This document shows positions 1 through 7,400 of a stretch of 13,924 nucleotides of DNA, in pieces (position 1 is the first letter of the stretch; the number at the start of each line of letters is the position of its first letter). The translations under genes and the position numbers were made by a program. Below the pieces are notes generated by a model. That model was given only the letters and a program-made list of their open reading frames with translations, was not told the origin of the DNA and did no database searches. The stretch comes from an uncultured archaeon (lineage in GTDB: Archaea > Asgardarchaeota > Thorarchaeia > Thorarchaeales > Thorarchaeaceae): NCBI GenBank assembly GCA_964648855.1, contig CAZYLT010000032.1, forward strand, positions 1 through 13,924, read 5' to 3'.

Positions 1-37
1 CTTTCAATCCTCACAATATGAGATTAGCTTCTGCAAG
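1..37 (-). CRISPR. Leader-proximal CRISPR repeat of left array (array continues beyond window start)
   Basis: Minus strand reads CTTGCAGAAGCTAATCTCATATTGTGAGGATTGAAAG: 37 nt, canonical ATTGAAAG 3' end, CTCA-N5-TGAG hairpin, 28/37 identical to the repeat at 13888-13924. Only one copy is visible. Confidence 0.85.
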
Positions 38-151
38 AGGGCGGTTTTTTGCTTGTTTTGGCGAAATAAGCACGCATAACAACGCCTTGGCAGACCCCTT
101 GCGGTGATGTCATTTCTGCACCTTCATTTATAAGTATCACCGCAGAGTCAA
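38..151 (-). promoter_or_regulatory. CRISPR leader of left array with TATA box (TTATAAAT, 126-133) inside an inverted repeat (100-108/136-144)
   Basis: Non-coding, abuts the repeat, and is colinear in inverted orientation with 13770-13887: shared TGCGGTGAT..TTATAAATG..CAGAA.TGACATCACCGCAA..GTTATG..AAGCAAAAA..CGCCCT. Confidence 0.85.
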
Positions 152-160
152 CGGATTAAA

Positions 161-1768
161 TTACGTCAACGCTTCAAGCCACTCATGTGCTCTGTCTTCT
201 GGGTATGACCACCGCTGTGCGTGGTCGTCCCAAAGCTCATATGGAAATCCCCATCCGCCATAAATCCGGTTTGATAAGAGTCCCACCTGAGCCTCTGCTG
301 GCAGATCTACAATAGAAGCAGATACCCCGTAGCCGCCTCCTGACGGTAAGCGCAGTACCAGTATCAGTCGTCCATCCAATGTGTAGGATATGATAGCGCG
401 AGGAAACCTCTGTGACCAGCCTGCAATTGCCTCAGCTGTTTCTTGCTCGGAAGTAGTGACCAACACATCTTCGACTAAGCCGATATTATGTACTTCCCAT
501 TGGGCCTCTATGAGTCCTTCTTCTCTCAGCTTCTTGACGGATTCTGCCACTCTATGTTGTCCCACTTGGAGTGATTCGCGGATTTTGGTTATTGAGGTGG
601 TTCCTGACCGCACTAGATTCAGCACCTGCATATCAAGGCATTCTAGCCTGATACGAGTCTTGGCAGCCGGTTGTGTGATTTGGGGGAAAACTGAGCCCAA
701 TCGATCTCGATGTATTTTTGCTAGTTGAACCTGCAGAAAGCTCCAAGGAATATTCCATCTGCCATCATCAGGAGAATAGTAGTCAAAGGACTTGGTGACT
801 CCCGAAGTGACAATCTCCCACATATGTGACGTTAGGCCCCATTTGTCCATCATAAGGAGTCCATCCTTCATGATTCGAATACTTCTCGGATTACTAGGGA
901 CACAGATCGTTGCCATTGCATCCCACGCACCAGATTGCATCTTTCTGAATGAGTAGAGGAAGGGGCAGTTCTGAAGCAAGGAATAGGCATCTTGGAGGGG
1001 CTCATTGATTTGTATCAACATAGTGAACATGCGTATTCCAATCTTGGAAAAGGGAATTCTATCGAATTTCCTTAGAACTCCGCTATTCTGTAGTTCAGAA
1101 ACTTTTCGGGATGTCCATTGTTCTGATATTCCAACGGTTTCTGCTATCTGCTTCATTTTAGCATCTGGCATCCTCATCAGAGCATCAATGATTTTCAGTT
1201 CAGTCCGACCTAATGAAACTCTGAACTTGGGAAATCGAAGATGCATAAACGTGAGATAGTCTTCAAACTCTAGTGGGATTTCATATTTCTTCATAACCAA
1301 GAATTCTTCAATCAAGTCATTGAATCCTTTTGGCCCCATCAATTCGTACAAGCGAGCATATGTAGTGGAGGGGTTGTGAAAAAGCATAGAGCCAACTTGC
1401 GCTCGAGGATACAGTTCTTTCCAGAATGCTTCCCAGGTTTGTCTGCCTTCTTCAGGTAAGTTCTGACGAGCAAACTCCATGGCGAGATCCTCTATGCATT
1501 CACCGCATAGGTTAGCATTAGAGAATATTGTCGAAAAACAAGCGAAGGATGTTGCGCCTTGAAGTAGATTGTCATCCTTCAGAGATGTAGGTGAAACGAC
1601 TAGAGCATCATCTTGAATGACTGCAATAGGCTTACTCTTCCCATCTTTCCGTTCGAGAATACAGTTGGGCTTTGAGCTGGTTTTGACTCCCCATTCTGCC
1701 ATAATCTGTTTCTCACATGCATCCCATACTTTTAGGACAAGAGAAATCCGATTGTCGCTTTCATGCAA
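161..1768 (-). CDS. Putative transcriptional regulator: unknown N-terminal domain plus two tandem Lrp/AsnC-like wHTH + alpha/beta modules
   Basis: 535 aa, TTG start. wHTH1 is ELKIIDALMRMPDAKMKQIAETVGISEQWTSRKVSELQNSGVL...FSKIG. wHTH2 is LDMQVLNLVRSGTTSITKIRESLQVGQHRVAESVKKLREEGLI...NIG. Both halves end in similar motifs (FDYYSPDDGRWNIP / FPYELWDDHAQRWSYP). Confidence 0.7.
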   Translation of the reverse strand: MHESDNRISLVLKVWDACEKQIMAEWGVKTSSKPNCILERKDGKSKPIAVIQDDALVVSPTSLKDDNLLQGATSFACFSTIFSNANLCGECIEDLAMEFARQNLPEEGRQTWEAFWKELYPRAQVGSMLFHNPSTTYARLYELMGPKGFNDLIEEFLVMKKYEIPLEFEDYLTFMHLRFPKFRVSLGRTELKIIDALMRMPDAKMKQIAETVGISEQWTSRKVSELQNSGVLRKFDRIPFSKIGIRMFTMLIQINEPLQDAYSLLQNCPFLYSFRKMQSGAWDAMATICVPSNPRSIRIMKDGLLMMDKWGLTSHMWEIVTSGVTKSFDYYSPDDGRWNIPWSFLQVQLAKIHRDRLGSVFPQITQPAAKTRIRLECLDMQVLNLVRSGTTSITKIRESLQVGQHRVAESVKKLREEGLIEAQWEVHNIGLVEDVLVTTSEQETAEAIAGWSQRFPRAIISYTLDGRLILVLRLPSGGGYGVSASIVDLPAEAQVGLLSNRIYGGWGFPYELWDDHAQRWSYPEDRAHEWLEALT

Positions 1769-1772
1769 GGCT

Positions 1773-2423
1773 TCAATCGCCCCATAGCATCATTTTCCGT
1801 ACTCTCTTTAGCTGAAGTACAGTTTTCCCAAGGTCTGTTATCTCAACTCTCTTCTGTCTGTTGTGTAACTCTCTTGAGATATACCCGGCGCGTTCTAATT
1901 CTTTAAGATGTTTTGAAATAGAAGAGGCTCCTAATGAAGTTCGGGTGCCTAGTTTTGTTTGAGAATTCACAGCCCCACCCAAATCAATCAATTCAGCCAA
2001 GATATTCTTCTTGGGTTCTGTGAGCATAGAAACTGAGACAGGCTCGACTTGCACAATCTCGCCCATCACATTACCATCCTTCTCGGTCACGAAATAGACT
2101 GTTGAATCGGTAAATAGGGCAGCCATCTGTGCAGCTGAGGTCATCACCCGGGTCCCACAGGATATATTGAACTCAATCTCATATTCCGAATGTTCCAACA
2201 CTATCTCCAAGATGCCATTGAGGATTTTGTGATATCTCCAAGGATCCACACGCTTCGCAATAACAGGGATGCCGCCCCTCTTCATCCTACCCATTATTTC
2301 CTCCAGTTCGTCTGAATTCTTTTCGGTGTATACCAGTGCAACCTTGTCCCCACCACATTTCATCAACACATAGTCCACCCTCTCGTTTGCATGCAATCCC
2401 AGAGTTGCGATATGGAGCTTCAT
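1773..2423 (-). CDS. csa3: CARF (Rossmann-like) + wHTH CRISPR-associated transcriptional regulator, Csa3-like
   Basis: N-terminal HIATLG beta-strand motif, DKVALV strand and FNISCGTR (CARF SGGxR-like) motif; C-terminal wHTH SSISKHLKELERAGYI...VEITDLGK. Start placed at ATG 2423 (MKLHIATLG) rather than 2456; TATA-like TTTTAAT at 2455-2461 on minus. Confidence 0.8.
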   Translation of the reverse strand: MKLHIATLGLHANERVDYVLMKCGGDKVALVYTEKNSDELEEIMGRMKRGGIPVIAKRVDPWRYHKILNGILEIVLEHSEYEIEFNISCGTRVMTSAAQMAALFTDSTVYFVTEKDGNVMGEIVQVEPVSVSMLTEPKKNILAELIDLGGAVNSQTKLGTRTSLGASSISKHLKELERAGYISRELHNRQKRVEITDLGKTVLQLKRVRKMMLWGD

Positions 2424-2473
2424 TCTATGTCGAATATGGGAGAACACGAGGCGCATTAAAAGCTTCGAATTGA

Positions 2474-2488
2474 ATGGAAAGTTTCCAT
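2474..2488. promoter_or_regulatory. Perfect 7-1-7 palindrome upstream of the csa3 TATA box; candidate operator
   Basis: ATGGAAA-G-TTTCCAT, 12 nt upstream of the TATA-like element. Confidence 0.45.
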
Positions 2489-2669
2489 CTAGACTTCAAC
2501 TTATGTTGCGAGAGGACAATTTCGGCATTCTGTCTTCTCAGTGATTAGTTCCTACTTATTCTCGATCAATATGATCGAGTCAAGTTGGCCCCCTGAGGAC
2601 CCAGATTGGCCATGGAGTCCGTTCTAGAGAAGCCATGGCTTCAGACATGATGTCTGCAGTATAACTGAC

Positions 2670-2721
2670 GAACACAGCCAATAGCCAATCCAACACTCTA
2701 CTTGGCTGTGTTCCTTTTTTT
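2670..2721 (+). terminator. 12-bp stem-loop followed by T7 on plus strand; also directly downstream of the csa1 stop on minus
   Basis: GAACACAGCCAA (2670-2681) / TTGGCTGTGTTC (2702-2713), 20-nt loop, then C-TTTTTTT. Confidence 0.5.
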
Positions 2722-2722
2722 G

Positions 2723-3667
2723 TTAATGACACTCATCCCAGTACGGACAGTCTTCATAGCATTTCTCAGGAAGGCCTGGGTCCCGCGCATCGAATATCAA
2801 CTTCATAGCCATATCTCTTATCTCCAATAGTTCCTGCCTAAGTGGTTCCTCCAGGTTATGAACATCATAATCGATCGATGGGGGCAATTCCTTCCCAAAA
2901 TGGCAATACACGATACACCCCACATCTACAGGATATTCATGAATGCTCTCGATTACCATCCCGTAGCCAGTGGTCGCCAACCTATGAAACCGTCTTCTTC
3001 TTCCTGTTTTGATATCAAGAACAACGCCCTCTGAACCATATGCATCCGCACTTAGGTATCCGCTTAGTCCTAGATTCCTGCCATCGAGCTTTTGTTCCAC
3101 AACCACAGGGATTGCAGTACTGACCAATGCGTCCAGCCCGATGTAGGGCTGTGATGAGGAAATCCTATCAATGGACGCAACAATCTGATTCACTTGATAA
3201 TCCCACAGCCATTCCATATTGGATTTGACCTCCTCATGCCTAAAATGGCCGCCACGGCCATCAACTTCTATTTTTCGCCGATTCCTCAGGATGCTCTTTA
3301 TCACTGTGTCTCTAATTTGTGTCAAGAAGGTTCCAACTTCACTTCCCGATTTCAGCCCGTTGGAATACATAATCTTCTTGCCATGTTCGAATACTGAGGC
3401 CACGACCTTATGATACATGCTGCCTGCTACCATCTTTGCATTGGTTGGGCGTTTTTTCCCCTCAACATGATGCAGGTAGATGTCCCGCATGCTCTGACAA
3501 TAGCGGCTTGCAATTTCACTTAATGAGAGTGTAAAGTCATACGGGGGGTCGATGGGAGATACTTCCCAAGCCCACCCTCGAAACCGTTCATCAACAACAA
3601 TTTCTCTTGAGCGTTTCCGATATCTTCGAAGAAGTCTGCGCTTAATCTTCTCAGGCAGCAAATACAT
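2723..3667 (-). CDS. csa1: CRISPR-associated Cas4-like protein Csa1
   Basis: Csa1-type N-terminus VDERFRGWAW..PIDPP...LSEIASRYCQSMRDIYL; RecB-like LSAD...LDIKTG; C-terminal CYEDCPYWDEC Fe-S cysteines. Confidence 0.9.
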   Translation of the reverse strand: MYLLPEKIKRRLLRRYRKRSREIVVDERFRGWAWEVSPIDPPYDFTLSLSEIASRYCQSMRDIYLHHVEGKKRPTNAKMVAGSMYHKVVASVFEHGKKIMYSNGLKSGSEVGTFLTQIRDTVIKSILRNRRKIEVDGRGGHFRHEEVKSNMEWLWDYQVNQIVASIDRISSSQPYIGLDALVSTAIPVVVEQKLDGRNLGLSGYLSADAYGSEGVVLDIKTGRRRRFHRLATTGYGMVIESIHEYPVDVGCIVYCHFGKELPPSIDYDVHNLEEPLRQELLEIRDMAMKLIFDARDPGLPEKCYEDCPYWDECH

Positions 3668-3696
3668 CTATATCCCTCACTCCCCTATCTCATCAA

Positions 3697-4512
3697 TTAT
3701 CCATTATCTATTCCATCGATTTCCACTTTGACCTTGCCTAGCCCTGCGGTCCGATTCTTACCAACGTTGCTCATCTCAGCGAATCTTGCAAGGCATACAG
3801 TTAGTGGAATAAAGGGATCATCGGAACCCTCCACTGCATATTTTGCATTTCCAATGAACCCGATGACTGACCTGTTTCTCCCTAAAGAAACCTTTACTGT
3901 TCTAATTCTATGGGCGGTGACATACAAGTTCTGCTCAACCCATTGATAGTAGTCACTGATACGATCCACAGCCGTTGTACCCTTGATTGAATTCCAAACT
4001 CGCAGGAGTGCAGGAAATATCTTCTCGGGAGATGGAAGAAGGTATGCCTTATCACTCCCAAATTGGGAGAACTGAGTTGGCGTCATGAATTTCACTCCAA
4101 TCTCAATTCTTCCATTATGGTCTGAAACACCGGTGGTCCAGTCCTCTGCCAATTTGCTGGGATTGTGGTTTGCAAAGTCTATTCGCTTGACTGGAAAATA
4201 ATGGTGGTGGAGTCTAAGTTTGCTCTTGGGGTTCAGGGCGATACTTCTAACAGCATTCTCAAACCCGTCTGCATTGAATAGATTCACTCCAAAGTCGTAA
4301 ACCTCTCCCTCCTCAAAGTGTGTACGGAATCGTGAACCAAAGGGTAGTGGTTCCAGAGCGTAGGACCGTATTCGAGGTGAGTCATGAACCTTGCCGCTCA
4401 ACTCTTCATCGTGCTTCTGGAGCAGGCTGAGGAATGCTGCTCGAAGAGGAACGCCTGAAAACCCGATAGAGCCTGAGAAATTGCTTGCTATATGAAATTT
4501 CAATGATATCAC
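3697..4512 (-). CDS. cas6: CRISPR pre-crRNA endoribonuclease Cas6
   Basis: FMTPTQF, LPSPEKIF..LLRVWN, GFIG and C-terminal G-loop NVGKNRTAGLGKV. GTG start overlaps the cas3 TGA; AGGAGG SD at 4523-4528. Confidence 0.93.
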   Translation of the reverse strand: MISLKFHIASNFSGSIGFSGVPLRAAFLSLLQKHDEELSGKVHDSPRIRSYALEPLPFGSRFRTHFEEGEVYDFGVNLFNADGFENAVRSIALNPKSKLRLHHHYFPVKRIDFANHNPSKLAEDWTTGVSDHNGRIEIGVKFMTPTQFSQFGSDKAYLLPSPEKIFPALLRVWNSIKGTTAVDRISDYYQWVEQNLYVTAHRIRTVKVSLGRNRSVIGFIGNAKYAVEGSDDPFIPLTVCLARFAEMSNVGKNRTAGLGKVKVEIDGIDNG

Positions 4513-6587
4513 AATTTTTCATCCTCCTGTTCTCGAATCCTATGTAGATATGCTGCGACCAGTGCCCAATCGCCCACAACAAGGGCGCCGCTTCCACCAC
4601 TCAAATACAATCGTGGAATCCTGAAGTCATTTAGTTTATCAGGACGTCGCCATAGGAAGACAATATTTCTATCATGGAGAATCTGGTCAGCAATACCAGC
4701 CATTTTCTTATCTGGGAATCTTACCGTTACATGTTTCTGAAGATAGACACCTATGCGGTTCTCATACGGATTACCACGCCTTGCAGAAACACGAGGATAA
4801 CCGGTTCTCTCGATGTCGTCTAGAACGAAGATTGGCTCATCGTGTGAATGACGGCCCTTGATAGGACTAGGTATTGAATCCCAGTGTTTTTCTGCCTCTT
4901 CGATATGACCGGTTAGTCTGAACATCTCTAGTACATCAAGTTCCGTGTATACCGACCCACCTGTATCATTTGATGTGGAGGTGTTGAAACGGGCAAGCAC
5001 TGAATTCATTGTGCCCCTGAGAAATCCATTTTCTGCCATTGTTTCTACAGTTCGAGAATTCAGTTCGAATTCTATGTCATCCTCCGAGAGAGAGCCAATT
5101 ATGTTTCTGAGGTTGACATCGCCAGTGCTAGTATTGCAATTTGCATCCACTAATGTTACGAAGAAGTCTGCAGCATCTTTTAGGTCATAATCCTGTGTCC
5201 AAGAAAAAGGATCTCTACTAGCAGCAAGTGCCATGGCAAGCAAGAGGGGTCTGACTTCGGGACTGCATAGGAAGTCTGCGTAGGATGGAAGTTCCTTGAA
5301 TGCGTCTTGAGAATGGAGAATGAAATCGTCGAATGACAAAGTATCGACCGAAGCCATCCGAGTTGCCATAGGTAATGGAACATACATTGTGCACTCACAA
5401 GGACCATGTCTGCCGCCCCTTCCAAATCTCTGAAGAAATGAAGCTAAATCGTGTCCCTCCATAACGAGGTATGGTACATCGAAGTCAATACCAACTTCTA
5501 TCGCGGAGGTCCCAATCAGGATTGCTTTATTCATCTGTTCAATGTCTGGTCTCGCATTTCGTGGGATTAGTCCATGTATTTGATACAATGATTCCTGCTG
5601 ATTGATGCCCCGCGCCTCTAACTCCTCGGCAACAGCCCTTGCTACTCGGACAGCAAATATCACTGATGAAAAGACGCCCAAGACCTTCACTTTGCATTTC
5701 TCATAGGACTCATGGAGGGATTTCTCGAAGTAGTGAAGAATTTGACTGGCTGCGTCCTCAATATCATCATTGCTGGTCATGACCTGACTCTGTGTTTTGA
5801 GATGACAGAGAGTTTCATGACGGATTTGACGGTTATTCGGAGAACTGGTAGATATCGAAGGCACGGAGATGACATCAATCTCTGCATAGGTGTTCTCAAG
5901 CAACGAAAGGGTTTCACCATGTGTGGCACTTAGGTAGATGAGGTCAACGAGAGGCTGTTTGGGAGTACCTCTTAATTCGTTCAGCATAAAGAATACCCTA
6001 GCAAGGGTTGGTCCGGAATACAAATGAAACTCATCAATAACAAGAGTCTGGAATGTACCCAGTTGCTCAGTGATTCTACCATGACGGTGATACTTCCCCA
6101 CAAACGCGAGATAGATGGTATCCGGATTGGTCAGGAGAATTCTCATTCTGTCCCGTGAATGAGTTAGAATACGGTCTATAACACTCCCCTTCGCAGAATC
6201 ACCTGCCATTGCCTGAAGGCTTTCTCCGGTCAGATGGATTAGGTCGATGTCAGTATCCCCAGGATAGCTCGTCCAATCGACACCCTTTTCCCCAATGACC
6301 AATGGTTTCATTCCTAGTTTTTTCAGCAAATCCTGCATCGCTGAAACTTGATCCTTCACCAAGGTGTTTGTGGGATACACAAAGATGGCAGGAGTTTCAT
6401 GTCGTATGACACGTGCAAGAGAGGCAAGTGTTTTACCAGACCCTGTAGGTGCATCTAATACAATCACAGAAGACTCAGACTCTATTGTCTGAAGCTGATG
6501 CGTGTAGAGCCGATCCAGCTCTCCGAATGGCTCATCTGAATATGAGATGTATGCATCTTTCACCACTACATCAGCATCACTGTTCAA
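4509..6587 (-). CDS. cas3: Type I-D helicase Cas3' (no HD domain)
   Basis: SF2 motifs APTGSGKT, YPTNTLVKDQ, LTNPD, DEFH, LSAT, GTSAIEVGIDF, QRFGRGGR; no N-terminal HD nuclease. Confidence 0.93.
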   Translation of the reverse strand: MNSDADVVVKDAYISYSDEPFGELDRLYTHQLQTIESESSVIVLDAPTGSGKTLASLARVIRHETPAIFVYPTNTLVKDQVSAMQDLLKKLGMKPLVIGEKGVDWTSYPGDTDIDLIHLTGESLQAMAGDSAKGSVIDRILTHSRDRMRILLTNPDTIYLAFVGKYHRHGRITEQLGTFQTLVIDEFHLYSGPTLARVFFMLNELRGTPKQPLVDLIYLSATHGETLSLLENTYAEIDVISVPSISTSSPNNRQIRHETLCHLKTQSQVMTSNDDIEDAASQILHYFEKSLHESYEKCKVKVLGVFSSVIFAVRVARAVAEELEARGINQQESLYQIHGLIPRNARPDIEQMNKAILIGTSAIEVGIDFDVPYLVMEGHDLASFLQRFGRGGRHGPCECTMYVPLPMATRMASVDTLSFDDFILHSQDAFKELPSYADFLCSPEVRPLLLAMALAASRDPFSWTQDYDLKDAADFFVTLVDANCNTSTGDVNLRNIIGSLSEDDIEFELNSRTVETMAENGFLRGTMNSVLARFNTSTSNDTGGSVYTELDVLEMFRLTGHIEEAEKHWDSIPSPIKGRHSHDEPIFVLDDIERTGYPRVSARRGNPYENRIGVYLQKHVTVRFPDKKMAGIADQILHDRNIVFLWRRPDKLNDFRIPRLYLSGGSGALVVGDWALVAAYLHRIREQEDEKL

Positions 6588-6590
6588 CTA

Positions 6591-7385
6591 TCAATTCCCC
6601 TCAATTTCTGGAAAGGATGAAGCAAAGCGAGATCTCTCAGGAATTGGGCATACGTGCTTGTATCCGTAATCATCCGTCGCTATGATGTGTTCTCCTTCAA
6701 GTTCCGCATTAACAAGGATTGGAGATGGGGGGACTGTCAAGAGACTGCCTTGATGGATATGGGTATTTTCAGGAAGGTCATTCACATTAACTGGACAAGT
6801 TGGATGAAACCTTCCGTCGCCAATTTCCCCGTTCATCTCACAGGTTTCCAATCGTACTGATGTGTATTTCTTTCCCAGTCGGATGACAGAGGGAGGTTCA
6901 TCACCGATTACATAGAAATAGTAACTACATAACGGCGGGTGCTTGTAGTAGTGCCCCTTCTTTGGGACGTTGATGTTGTCTCTTTTCATGACATCCAATA
7001 GGGAGGATCCAATGCTATTCCATGTAATCTTGACAAGGCCCTCCTCTCTCCAGTCTTCCAGTTTCCTAGAGCCCACCATCCTCTGCCCGCTCAGCCATGA
7101 TCCTGCTTTGGTTTCTGCAGTCCGAGCTATGTCATAAGGGAAGTCAGAATTTCGCGCCGCTGGAGTGGCGTAGGTTCGCATAAGCGGCATATCCTCCTCA
7201 TAATGGGGTTGTGTCCCAGATATAACCCTTCGAACCGGAGAAACGTCGCGATTGATTGCATACATCAGTGCATAGTTATTCAGCAGGTTCGCTGGTTTCG
7301 CAGATGCACCATAGTCTTGGCTGGCAAAGAACAGATAGTCATGACTCGTCATAATGACCAAGTAGATATTCGGAAACGAAGCCAT
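6591..7385 (-). CDS. cas5: Type I-D Cas5 (Csc1)
   Basis: DYLFFAS..G, LNNYALMYA, YATPA and IRLGKK motifs of Csc1; located between cas7 and cas3'. Confidence 0.88.
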   Translation of the reverse strand: MASFPNIYLVIMTSHDYLFFASQDYGASAKPANLLNNYALMYAINRDVSPVRRVISGTQPHYEEDMPLMRTYATPAARNSDFPYDIARTAETKAGSWLSGQRMVGSRKLEDWREEGLVKITWNSIGSSLLDVMKRDNINVPKKGHYYKHPPLCSYYFYVIGDEPPSVIRLGKKYTSVRLETCEMNGEIGDGRFHPTCPVNVNDLPENTHIHQGSLLTVPPSPILVNAELEGEHIIATDDYGYKHVCPIPERSRFASSFPEIEGN

Positions 7386-7400
7386 GCTAGTATCATGCTC

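Noticed and set aside
2593-2660. Fluoride riboswitch-like (GGCCATGGAGTCCG) or hammerhead-like (CTGAGGA) motifs
   Set aside because: The required partner elements are missing (no downstream GACTCC pseudoknot strand; no GAAA after a stem II).
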